Shown here piece by piece: positions 1 to 8,211 of a stretch of 32,000 nucleotides of DNA. Origin of the DNA: an uncultured Clostridium sp. (GTDB lineage Bacteria > Bacillota > Clostridia > TANB77 > CAG-508); NCBI GenBank assembly GCA_930980855.1, contig CAKNIZ010000004.1:61002-93001 (forward strand), given 5' to 3'. The translations under genes and the position numbers were made by a program. The notes under the pieces were generated by a model. It did not search any database, was not told the origin of the DNA, and saw nothing but the letters and a program-made list of their open reading frames with translations. Every line of letters starts with the position of its first letter. Position 1 is the first letter of the stretch.

Positions 1-688
1 TCATTTCTATAGCCTGTTTATTCTCAATTATTGCATCTTCTAATATATCTTCATCATCTTCATATAATTTGATATTTTTTATCTTAACTGTTCTTTCCAT
101 TACCGCTTCATTTGCTCTTAAAGATGTTGTTATATATACAAGTGATTTTTCTGAATCTAATAGTTTTAATATTTCCTCATTGTTCATTGATTGTTTTAGT
201 GTGTATTCAGTTTGTTCTGTTTCTTTGTTTATTGCTTTTAACGTTTCTAGATAGTTTGAAGAAATTTTAAACATTAGCTGTAATACAAATCTACTTTTCT
301 TATATGTTGCAAATCCTTTTACTCTTCCATTTGCAAATTCTTCAATAAAAGCCATTTCTTTTAATGAAACTGTAATAATCACCTCATCTCTAACAACAAT
401 TATACCTATTGGCATTGTTGTATATATTTCTCTTCCATGTTCCCTTTCTTTTACTGGAACATCTAATATAAAAAGAATTGTATCATCATCTTCTTCATAA
501 TCTATTCTGGCTTTTTCTTCACTATCTAAAGAATATCTGATAAAATCTTCTTGAATCATTAAACTTCCACAAATACTTTTTATTTCTCCTTCTGTGGGAT
601 TCGTCATATTAATCCAACAACCTTTTTTTATTTCATCTATTTCTTCCATTATATTTGTGTCAATATCCGTATTATATATTTTTACCAT
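1..688 (-). CDS. corA: CorA-family Mg2+/Co2+ transporter, N-terminal cytoplasmic part; gene continues past the left edge
   Basis: Absent from the ORF track because no stop lies inside the window. Minus-strand translation from ATG 688-686 reads MVKIYNTDIDTNIMEEIDEIKKGCWINMTNPTEGEIKSICGSLMIQEDFIRYSLDSEEKARIDYEEDDDTILFILDVP...LYEDDEDILEDAIIENKQAIEM and is open to position 1. This is the typical CorA N-terminal domain pattern. A GGGGG Shine-Dalgarno sits 7 nt upstream of the ATG. Confidence 0.8.
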   Translation of the reverse strand, partial: MVKIYNTDIDTNIMEEIDEIKKGCWINMTNPTEGEIKSICGSLMIQEDFIRYSLDSEEKARIDYEEDDDTILFILDVPVKEREHGREIYTTMPIGIIVVRDEVIITVSLKEMAFIEEFANGRVKGFATYKKSRFVLQLMFKISSNYLETLKAINKETEQTEYTLKQSMNNEEILKLLDSEKSLVYITTSLRANEAVMERTVKIKNIKLYEDDEDILEDAIIENKQAIEM

Positions 689-745
689 AATATGACCCCC
701 TTATAAATTTGACTTTTGTTTATATTTTCTTTATTTTCCTTTAGT

Positions 746-774
746 ATTATAACAGAAATTATGTTATATATCAA
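746..774 (-). promoter_or_regulatory. SigA-type promoter for corA (TTGATA-N17-TATAAT)
   Basis: Minus strand reads TTGATA (774-769), a 17-nt spacer, then TATAAT (751-746), about 60 nt upstream of the corA ATG. Confidence 0.4.
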
Positions 775-782
775 TGTTTGCT

Positions 783-2027
783 TCAAAAACCCTTCTTATA
801 TTTTTCCATAAATTCTTTATCCATATTTATATATGCATAAAATATACGGTAATCATTTTCTATATAATCTTGCATTTCATTGTTATTTACTACATAATTT
901 AATAAATCATTATCCGTATAAATTCCGCTTATTTTATCTATTATTTTTTTACCAATTCCAAAGCTAACTGCATATGCTAAGTATTCATTCCAAAGATATA
1001 TTTGTCCTATATCTTTTTCATTTAATAGTGTATTTTCTAGCTTTTCTTTTAAACAATTAAGTCTACTATAATCTTCAATCATATTTACATTATTTTTAAG
1101 CATTAAATCATCTGTAATTACAATTAATATTGTTACACTAATCAATAATTCATCTGCTATTAACTCTGGTATTTTTAAAATCCAATATGTTATTGCCATT
1201 ATTAACAAAGATATAATTATGATACTTATTGAAGTTGTTGTTATTTTTTGAGCATTTTGAATATTATTGGTTATTAAATGTCTTATTTTTACTGTTATAT
1301 TCATTACTAATTTAGGTATTAAAGGAATTAGTGCAAAAATAATTGGTGCTAAAATCATTAATGGAAGAATTTTTTCATCAAATTTTATTGATTTAATATG
1401 GTAAACTACTAGAAATATTGCCCCACATAGTAACATTACATTTATAGCCTTAATTATATTTGGCACACTTGTTTTGTTTGCTCCTAATTTTTTTAATTCT
1501 TTTTTAGCTAGTCCATCTAGCTCCTTAAATTTAAAATTAGCATTTTGTACCTTTGGCATTTCTTGTAATCTTTCTATTAATGTTTCTTTTTCTCCAGTAA
1601 ATAGCCATTTATATATTAATAATTCTATTTCATCCATCTCATTTTCTTTTTCAGGGACTTTTTCCACTATATAATTGTATAAAGATTTTTCATTTACATC
1701 TCCCTTCATGGTTAGTCTTATATTTCCTTTATTTATAAGATTTAATATTACTGCAATTATGTCTCTTGATAGAATATCTCTATTTCCTTGTATGCAACCT
1801 GCAATTAATGGATTATATTTTTTAAAAAGTTCTTCTTCATTTATATTACTTACTTTATATTTTTTGTCTCTTTCAAATATTAACAATATTATTATCCAAT
1901 ATATAATTAAAGATACTGATAAAAATAAAATCAATTTATTTAAATCTTTTCCCTGTTCAATGTCTATGGGAATTTTGGTTATAAAAAAACAAACCACAAA
2001 AACAATTAGTGCTAACCTTTTCTTCAT
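783..2027 (-). CDS. DUF2207-like polytopic membrane protein
   Basis: 414-aa ORF with an N-terminal TM segment. A soluble segment (IAGCIQGNRDILSRDIIAVILNLINKGNIRL...EIELLIYKWLF) resembles the DUF2207 family. Several TM helices follow. Family assignment is from memory only. Confidence 0.5.
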   Translation of the reverse strand: MKKRLALIVFVVCFFITKIPIDIEQGKDLNKLILFLSVSLIIYWIIILLIFERDKKYKVSNINEEELFKKYNPLIAGCIQGNRDILSRDIIAVILNLINKGNIRLTMKGDVNEKSLYNYIVEKVPEKENEMDEIELLIYKWLFTGEKETLIERLQEMPKVQNANFKFKELDGLAKKELKKLGANKTSVPNIIKAINVMLLCGAIFLVVYHIKSIKFDEKILPLMILAPIIFALIPLIPKLVMNITVKIRHLITNNIQNAQKITTTSISIIIISLLIMAITYWILKIPELIADELLISVTILIVITDDLMLKNNVNMIEDYSRLNCLKEKLENTLLNEKDIGQIYLWNEYLAYAVSFGIGKKIIDKISGIYTDNDLLNYVVNNNEMQDYIENDYRIFYAYINMDKEFMEKYKKGF

Positions 2028-2194
2028 GAAATTTTCTCTCCTATTAATAATAATTGAAGTATATCATATTCTATAAAAAAAAAGCTATATTTATTTAAAA
2101 GTCATATTTATTTTATTTGTTTTTTATAATATAATTAATAAAAAATATTTTAATTAAAATATTTTTTATTATTTATTTAAGAGGTGAAAATCTT

Positions 2195-3181
2195 ATGGAA
2201 AAAATTAAAATTGGAATTTATGGTTATGGAAATTTAGGGAAGGGAGTAGAGCTTGCATTAAAAAATAATCCAGATATGCAGTTAGTAGGTATTTTTACTA
2301 GAAGAAATCCTACTGATGTACATGCGCTTTTTAAAGATACTCAAGTTTTCTCAGTAGATGATGCTGAAAAAATGAAAGATAAAATTGATGTTATGATTTT
2401 ATGTGGTGGCTCTGCAACTGATTTACCTGAACAAGGTCCTAAAGTTTGTAAATTATTTAATACAGTAGATAGTTTTGATACACATGCTAAAATACCAGAA
2501 TATTTCTCTAAAATGAATTCTGTGGCATTGGAATCAAATACTTTAGCTTTAATTTCTTGCGGTTGGGATCCTGGACTATTTTCATTAAATCGCTCTTTGC
2601 TAGAATCAGTTTTGCCTAATGGAAATAATTATGTGTTTTATGGCAGAGGCTTAAGCCAAGGCCATTCTGACGCACTTAGAAGAATAAAAGGTGTTAAAAA
2701 TGCAGTTCAATATACAGTACCTTATGATGAAGCTGTTCAAAAAGTGCGAGATGGAGAAAATCCTGAATTTGCTTCAGTTCGTGAAACAATGTGGAGAGAA
2801 TGTTTTGTTGTTTTAGAAGAAGGAGCAGATAAAAATAAAATAGAAAAGGAAATAAAGGAAATGCCTAATTATTTTGAACCTTATAATACAGTAGTTCATT
2901 TTATTTCTGAGGAGAAACTTAAGGAAAATCATAATACTATGCCTCATGGTGGCTTTGTTTTAAGAAGTGGAAATACAAGTGAGAATACAAATCAGATTGC
3001 AGAATTTTCTTTGAAATTGGATTCTAATCCCGAATTTACTGCTAGTGTATTAGTAGCTTACGCTAGAGCTATTTATAGAATGAAAAACCTTGGAAATACT
3101 GGCGCTATCACAGTTTTAGATGTTCCTGTTTCTTTGCTTTCTTCTAAAAATAGAGATGAATTGTTGAAAGAAATATTATAA
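2195..3181 (+). CDS. ddh: meso-diaminopimelate D-dehydrogenase
   Basis: 328 aa. The N-terminus MEKIKIGIYGYGNLGKGVELALKNNPDMQLVGIFTRR matches the Ddh Rossmann start (compare Corynebacterium IVGYGNLGR...PDMDLVGIFSRR). AGAGGTG RBS 7 nt upstream. Confidence 0.85.
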   Translation: MEKIKIGIYGYGNLGKGVELALKNNPDMQLVGIFTRRNPTDVHALFKDTQVFSVDDAEKMKDKIDVMILCGGSATDLPEQGPKVCKLFNTVDSFDTHAKIPEYFSKMNSVALESNTLALISCGWDPGLFSLNRSLLESVLPNGNNYVFYGRGLSQGHSDALRRIKGVKNAVQYTVPYDEAVQKVRDGENPEFASVRETMWRECFVVLEEGADKNKIEKEIKEMPNYFEPYNTVVHFISEEKLKENHNTMPHGGFVLRSGNTSENTNQIAEFSLKLDSNPEFTASVLVAYARAIYRMKNLGNTGAITVLDVPVSLLSSKNRDELLKEIL

Positions 3182-3185
3182 AAGT

Positions 3186-3228
3186 AAAAGTACTAGTTAT
3201 GAAAAATATTCATAATTAGTACTTTTTT
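3186..3228. terminator. bidirectional intrinsic terminator between ddh and tRNA-Lys
   Basis: AAAAGTACTAGTTATGAA (3186-3203) pairs with TTCATAATTAGTACTTTT (3209-3226), with one G.U or mismatch position. A/T runs flank it on both sides. Confidence 0.6.
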
Positions 3229-3231
3229 ATC

Positions 3232-3307
3232 TGGTGCACCTCCGGAGGGTCGAACTCCGGACCTTCTGATTAAGAGTCAGCTGCTCTACCAACTGAGCTA
3301 GAGGTGC
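3232..3307 (-). tRNA. tRNA-Lys(CUU)
   Basis: The reverse complement gives GCACCTC TA GCTC AGTTGGTA GAGC A GCTGA CTCTTAA TCAGA AGGTC CGGAG TTCGACC CTCCG GAGGTGC A CCA. This is a full cloverleaf with anticodon CTT and an encoded CCA. Confidence 0.9.
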
Positions 3308-3416
3308 TTCTAAGCTACTTTTTTATTATAGTATTTTTTAGCTTAGTTGTCAAGGGGTTTCATTTATAGATTTTTCGGCTTACTTGTGCATTTTATTGTA
3401 TTTTAGCATGTGACAA

Positions 3417-4610
3417 TTATAAATATAGTGCTACTCGAAATCCTATATTATTATAGCCCATAGTAAACCATGATGGCTCAGCGCGACTTGACGCATTGTA
3501 CCCAGTAGGACTACTACTATAGTTCCCTCCTCTTGTTACACGGAACTTAGTTTCATATTCTTCCAATGTCCATTCACTTACATTTCCAGCTAAGTCATAA
3601 ATATTTTTTATTCTATAACTGTCATTTGAACCACATTTAGCTATTCCTCCTGAATAGTTTCCTCTTCCGGTTGAATTCTTTACAAATGAATTGTCCGCAC
3701 ATGTTGTCGTTTTATATGCTGGGTCTATCCATCCCATTATTGTATCCCATTGAATTCCATAAATAAGAGTACTAGTCACATCATATCCATCTTTATCAGT
3801 ATACATATTTTCAGCTTTAGCAACAGCACCTGCAGTTCCAGGATTTGTGAGTGAACTTCCCCATTCAATTAAATTCCATACGCTTGCTCCTTTTTTACTT
3901 ACTACTGTTTCTTCTTCTTTTCCTGCCTCAAACCTTGCTACAAAAAAGCCTTTATTTTTTCTCACGCTTTTTATCATTGAATAATAATCTTCTACTTCTG
4001 TTTCGTAATTATATCCGGTTTTCGCTGGTTCTTCATAACTTGTAATTGGTCTATTACTACCATAGTAACTTGTATATCTCTTAAAATCTGCCATATTTTC
4101 TACAGGTACCCAAACGAATTGATTTCCAATTAATCCATCTGCTGGTATGTTTGCTTGATCCGAATAATTTTGAGCTGAATATTTGTTCTCGTCTGCTTTA
4201 TTATCTGATATTACAATTCCACTGTCTTTAGTTCCTCCAACATAATAGAATCCCTTCGGTATTTTTATACCTTCTATTTCTGCATCCATTTGTTCTTCAT
4301 AGGTTCCAGTTATTTTTTTACCATTAACATAGGCTGTTTCGCCTTTAAATATTTTATCCGGTGTTGCTGTTGCATCTGATGTGTCTAGTACCTCTAGTGT
4401 TCCCGTTACTCCTCCTATTGTTACTCCCTTTTTTATATTATTTGCGATTAGTTCTGAATTTTGATTTGCTCCTGCTAGCTGATTTCCTTCTTTGGCTTCC
4501 TGATTCATTACTGTATTTCTTATTATTACGCTTCCTAGTATTATTGTGATTAATGCTATTACAGTTATTAACCATATTATTTTTTTCTTACTGTCTTTTA
4601 TTTTCATCAT
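3417..4610 (-). CDS. membrane-anchored SUMF1/FGE (formylglycine-generating-enzyme-like) domain protein, paralog A
   Basis: The C-terminus ...YDLAGNVSEWTLEEY...RVTRGGNYSS...NIGFRVALYL is the FGE-sulfatase/SUMF1 signature. The N-terminus has one TM helix (IIWLITVIALITIILGSVII) followed by GVTIGGVTGT / GKKITGT repeats. The start is placed at ATGATG 4610, 7 nt after a GGAGG. The ORF-track start at 4643 lies inside the leader hairpin. Confidence 0.75.
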   Translation of the reverse strand: MMKIKDSKKKIIWLITVIALITIILGSVIIRNTVMNQEAKEGNQLAGANQNSELIANNIKKGVTIGGVTGTLEVLDTSDATATPDKIFKGETAYVNGKKITGTYEEQMDAEIEGIKIPKGFYYVGGTKDSGIVISDNKADENKYSAQNYSDQANIPADGLIGNQFVWVPVENMADFKRYTSYYGSNRPITSYEEPAKTGYNYETEVEDYYSMIKSVRKNKGFFVARFEAGKEEETVVSKKGASVWNLIEWGSSLTNPGTAGAVAKAENMYTDKDGYDVTSTLIYGIQWDTIMGWIDPAYKTTTCADNSFVKNSTGRGNYSGGIAKCGSNDSYRIKNIYDLAGNVSEWTLEEYETKFRVTRGGNYSSSPTGYNASSRAEPSWFTMGYNNIGFRVALYL

Positions 4611-4641
4611 TTTGTTTCCTCCACTATTAATTTTCATGCAC

Positions 4642-4693
4642 AAAAAAGCTACATATTTTACACGATTTTTAAGTTCGTCTAAAATACATAGCT
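4642..4693 (-). terminator. terminator-like hairpin in the leader of SUMF1 paralog A (possible attenuator)
   Basis: The minus-strand RNA AGCUAUGUAUUUU...AAAAUAUGUAGCU followed by UUUUUU forms 13 bp including 2 G.U pairs. On the plus strand those positions are C.A mismatches. Confidence 0.45.
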
Positions 4694-4730
4694 TTTTTTC
4701 TATGTTTATTTATGTCTATTTTATTAAATC

Positions 4731-4784
4731 CTACGATATATATATATATATATATACAGTATCAAGGCTTTCAGAGATTTTCAT
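4731..4784 (-). CDS. candidate 17-codon leader peptide MKISESLDTVYIYIYIS reading through the (TA)10 repeat
   Basis: ATG 4784-4782 to TAG 4733-4731. The same frame and length are conserved in copy B (10850-10903, MKIDKSLEAVYIYIYIS). GAGGGA lies 10 nt upstream. Confidence 0.3.
   Translation of the reverse strand: MKISESLDTVYIYIYIS
4736..4756. repeat. (AT)10A dinucleotide microsatellite
   Basis: Read directly: atatatatatatatatatata. An identical-length copy lies at 10855-10875. Confidence 0.95.
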
Positions 4785-4978
4785 ATGCGTTTTTTCCCTC
4801 TTTTTGTTTTATTCTATATTAATTTTATACATTTATTTTGTTTGTTTGTCAATTAATTGTTCAAATTATTTTAGTTTTGTTTATTTTTTCAATATGTATT
4901 GTGCAATTTTTGAGTAATTTGCTGTGCAGATTTTGACCATTTGGTTGTGCAACTTATCTTTCAATTGTTCGATTAAAT

Positions 4979-6517
4979 TTATTTATATATAATCACAAAG
5001 TTTCCAATTACATGTTTTATGTATTCTGAATCATAATCCTTGTATATCTTGTTGACTACTAATATATCATCATCTTCTAAATTAATTAGTTTATTTTGCA
5101 CTTCATCTGTTTCATTTAGCTTTATATATTCCTTATTTTCGTCTTTATTTAATGTTACATAAAAATCCAAATTTCCTCTTGGTTCTCTATTATCATAATA
5201 TATTTCTTTTTTATCAAGCACATTTATATATGTTAAAGTTTGATAAAATCCTTTAGAAAAGCAAGATGATAAATTTATCTTTTCTACATGATATGTATAC
5301 AATAATATTGAAAACGTAATGAATAATATTGCGTATACTGTTATAACTCCATATTTATATAATTTTTTGTATTTTATTACTTGATATATTTCGTATATCC
5401 CAATGGCTGAAAAAATTATTAATACATACCAAATTGAATTAAGTCTGTTTATTGTAGTTTCATTAATTAATATTCCTGTAAATAAACTTAATATAATCCA
5501 AGTTATTAATATAAATCCACCTGTATTATCCTCTTTTTTGCTTTGTTTAATTTTCTTTATTTTAAATATAATTCCTAATATAGCAAAAACAATTGATATA
5601 TGATATATTGTTCCAAACATAGGAATTACATTCCATTCTATATTATCACTTTGAAATACAATCATTGAAAGTAAATATGCTATATTTTTTATAAATTGCA
5701 CTCCTACATTTTCTGAGAAAAATAGCATATCTGTTGTTCTCGTCAAGCTTTCGTAATATGGTATTGTAATATTAAATATTTCTATAGTTTGTCCTATTCT
5801 AAGTCCATTCATGGCAAATGTTATTATAATTGGCCATGCAAAAAGTAAAAAAACTACCATGCAAATAATTAAATCTCTAGCTTTTATTTTCTTTTTTCTT
5901 ACTAAATAAATTGCAGTTATTAATAAGAAAAATGGGACAAAATATATTGCTATTCCATAACAATATAACGTAATTGCAAAAAATGCCATGGATAAATATA
6001 TTATTGCTTTTTTATTTTTTAAAATTCCTGTATAGAATATATCCATAGCAAATAGTAAGAAATGTGGAAACATATTACAATCCCATGCAAATAATGACTG
6101 CATTATGTGCCATGGTGAAATTGCAAGAAGTCCTAGACCTATTAATGCAATTTTTTTATTATTTGTTATTTTCTTTACAAAATCATAAAATACAAATAAT
6201 GATATTATACTTACTATTAAGGTTGGCAGTCTTACAGCAAATAATGTGTACCCAAATACTTTTACACTTATTGTCATTAAATATACTAATACTACACTTT
6301 GCCCTCCCCACCCAAGCAAATATACTGGAAAACTTAATCCTAATAAGTCTTTTCCTGTTTCTGCAATTTCTCTTGCATATACTGCCGTCATTATTTCATC
6401 TATATTCATTTCAGGAATTGTATTTGGAAATTTATATACTCTTACTCCTATTCCTATTACAATTAAAATTATAAATATTATTGTTACATAGTTTTTCTTT
6501 ATTATTTTTTTCATCAT
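4979..6517 (-). CDS. GT-C fold glycosyltransferase, family 39/83-like (ArnT/PMT-like)
   Basis: 512 aa with about 12 predicted TM helices. The N-terminal loop carries a DE motif (NIDEIMTAVYAREIAETGKD). A C-terminal soluble domain follows. This is typical ArnT/PMT_2 architecture. Confidence 0.7.
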   Translation of the reverse strand: MMKKIIKKNYVTIIFIILIVIGIGVRVYKFPNTIPEMNIDEIMTAVYAREIAETGKDLLGLSFPVYLLGWGGQSVVLVYLMTISVKVFGYTLFAVRLPTLIVSIISLFVFYDFVKKITNNKKIALIGLGLLAISPWHIMQSLFAWDCNMFPHFLLFAMDIFYTGILKNKKAIIYLSMAFFAITLYCYGIAIYFVPFFLLITAIYLVRKKKIKARDLIICMVVFLLFAWPIIITFAMNGLRIGQTIEIFNITIPYYESLTRTTDMLFFSENVGVQFIKNIAYLLSMIVFQSDNIEWNVIPMFGTIYHISIVFAILGIIFKIKKIKQSKKEDNTGGFILITWIILSLFTGILINETTINRLNSIWYVLIIFSAIGIYEIYQVIKYKKLYKYGVITVYAILFITFSILLYTYHVEKINLSSCFSKGFYQTLTYINVLDKKEIYYDNREPRGNLDFYVTLNKDENKEYIKLNETDEVQNKLINLEDDDILVVNKIYKDYDSEYIKHVIGNFVIIYK

Positions 6518-6525
6518 TGTACCTT

Positions 6526-8052
6526 TTATTTATTCCTTTTTATTATAGTTGGTAAGTCATTATATGTGTCTTTTGAAACCAGTGTTCTTGATATTATTAA
6601 TCCATCTTTTGAAAGCACCTTATATGTTTCACTTGTACACCCATCTTCTCCATGCTGTGTTGTTACTTCCTCTCCCAGTTTTAAGTTAGTGTCATTTTCA
6701 TATATAATATCTGTTGGTATTACACTAGTTTCTTGTGATTCTATTGTTACATCATAATCATCTTCTTGTTTAATTCCATATATATCCACTTTTACTACTC
6801 CATCTTGTGCCACAGCATTTATTTTTATTGGATATTTTCTATTATTTTTAAATTTAAAATCTACAGAACCCCAAGATACAGTTGCATCTCTACCGGCTGG
6901 TAGATATGAAGTTTTAAAATAATGACTTCTTCTTTCTATTATTTCTAAATTTGTTAATAATGCTGAATTATATAATGTTGATGATAATTGACAAATTCCT
7001 CCTCCTACATCTAGTACGACTTTTCCATTCGCATAAGCTTTAGCTTCTTTAAATCCTGCTGCAATTGTTCTTTGCCCTACTGTTTGGTTATATGAAAATG
7101 TTTCCCCTGGATTCACTATTGTTCCATTTAGTTTCTGTGCTGCTAATTGCAAATTGTTATTTCTATTTATATTACTTGCATCATAATTTGTAGTACATGT
7201 TCCCAGTAAATTTGGAAATGCGTTATCTCCTAAATCTGAAACTTTTATATTTGCATCTGTTATTGTAAGAGGTATTTCATATTCTGTTTTCTCTTCCTCT
7301 AAAATTTTTTTAGCTTCATCTATTGAAATTGCTAATTTTACTCCACTTTTGTCTGCATGTACTTCCAGTGGTTCTTCACTTAGGTAAGCATCTTGTGGCT
7401 CACATTCTATTTCATTTGCAATTTTCTCTATATCTATATTTTCTGGTGAAACTTCTTCTGTCGGTATTTCTATTACATTATCTGTATTATTAAAGTCTTT
7501 TATTTCTTCTATTATTTTATTTTTTAATTCGTCTTTTTTTATTTTTACTCCACTTATTCCTTTAGTTATTATTAATTTATTATTTTCTATATAATAATCA
7601 TTTTCTATTAATACATCCGGTAATTTAGATTCTGTGTCATCTATTAATGAATCTATACTTTTTTCATCAATTGTCATTTCTATATCTATATTTCTTGGAA
7701 TAAAAAAACTTAATAATATATTATAATTATTACTTATAATATTACCATTTCTACCAATAGAATATGCTTTTGTTACAGCATCTCCTATTTTTGCACTTAT
7801 TCCTAACTGGTCATATGATATTGTAGTTTCATAATCACCATGTTTTAGTTTTATACCATTTATTTTTTTCTCATTATAAATTTTATTAAGCTCGGTATTT
7901 AATTCTTCTTGCTCTTTTCCTGACACTGAAATTCCTTCTATTTTGATATTAGAATATATCTTATCATTTCCCATATTAATTAAACTAAATATAACTGAAA
8001 AAAAAGCAACAATAAATAATATTACTATTATAATTAATATTTTTTTCTTCAT
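6526..8052 (-). CDS. VanW/YoaR-like protein with C-terminal G5 domain
   Basis: 508 aa with an N-terminal TM anchor. The VanW core is GETFSYNQTVGQRT...GGGICQLSSTLYNSALL...ERRSH. A G5-like tail follows (TTQHGEDGCTSETYKV). Confidence 0.75.
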   Translation of the reverse strand: MKKKILIIIVILFIVAFFSVIFSLINMGNDKIYSNIKIEGISVSGKEQEELNTELNKIYNEKKINGIKLKHGDYETTISYDQLGISAKIGDAVTKAYSIGRNGNIISNNYNILLSFFIPRNIDIEMTIDEKSIDSLIDDTESKLPDVLIENDYYIENNKLIITKGISGVKIKKDELKNKIIEEIKDFNNTDNVIEIPTEEVSPENIDIEKIANEIECEPQDAYLSEEPLEVHADKSGVKLAISIDEAKKILEEEKTEYEIPLTITDANIKVSDLGDNAFPNLLGTCTTNYDASNINRNNNLQLAAQKLNGTIVNPGETFSYNQTVGQRTIAAGFKEAKAYANGKVVLDVGGGICQLSSTLYNSALLTNLEIIERRSHYFKTSYLPAGRDATVSWGSVDFKFKNNRKYPIKINAVAQDGVVKVDIYGIKQEDDYDVTIESQETSVIPTDIIYENDTNLKLGEEVTTQHGEDGCTSETYKVLSKDGLIISRTLVSKDTYNDLPTIIKRNK

Positions 8053-8156
8053 CTTAACTCCTGCTATTAGTTTATTATATTTTGAATCTTTTATTACTTT
8101 ATATTAAAATATTATCATAACGCTATTTTTTTTACAATAATTTATTTAATATATAC

Positions 8157-8185
8157 TAGACATTTCTTGGAATATTTTATATAAT
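8157..8185 (+). promoter_or_regulatory. SigA-type promoter (TAGACA-N17-TATAAT) for the XRE-S24 gene
   Basis: TAGACA at 8157-8162 and TATAAT at 8180-8185 with a 17-nt spacer, about 27 nt upstream of the ATG. Confidence 0.45.
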
Positions 8186-8211
8186 TATGTTGAAAATTAA
8201 GAGGTGATATT

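Larger units (their letters stand above)
4611..4852 (-). promoter_or_regulatory. promoter (TTGACA-N17-TATAAA) plus roughly 200-nt leader, repeat copy A
   Basis: Minus strand has TTGACA at 4852-4847 and TATAAA at 4829-4824 with a 17-nt spacer. The whole unit is repeated, with scattered substitutions, upstream of paralog B (10725-10970). Confidence 0.5.

Noticed and set aside
2028-2194. Lysine (L-box) riboswitch or T-box upstream of ddh
   Set aside because: The region is only 167 nt and almost pure A/T. It lacks the conserved GC-containing L-box helices or a T-box motif.
4611-4643. ORF-track start MCMKINSGGNK for SUMF1 paralog A
   Set aside because: This ATG sits inside the terminator-like hairpin and lacks an RBS. 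The ATG at 4610 follows GGAGG by 7 nt and aligns with the start of paralog B.
4736-4756. (TA)10 tract as a promoter-spacer phase-variation switch (Haemophilus hif-type)
   Set aside because: The best promoter (TTGACA-N17-TATAAA at 4824-4852) lies upstream of the repeat. The tract is therefore in the transcribed leader, not between the -35 and -10 elements. It is kept instead as part of the uORF/attenuator hypothesis.
4546-4917. Plus-strand ORF 4546-4917 (and 10831-11091) containing IYIYIY, overlapping the repeated leader regions
   Set aside because: The promoter, the hairpin G.U asymmetry and the downstream genes all indicate minus-strand transcription here. The plus-strand ORFs differ in length and frame between the two copies, unlike the minus-strand uORF.
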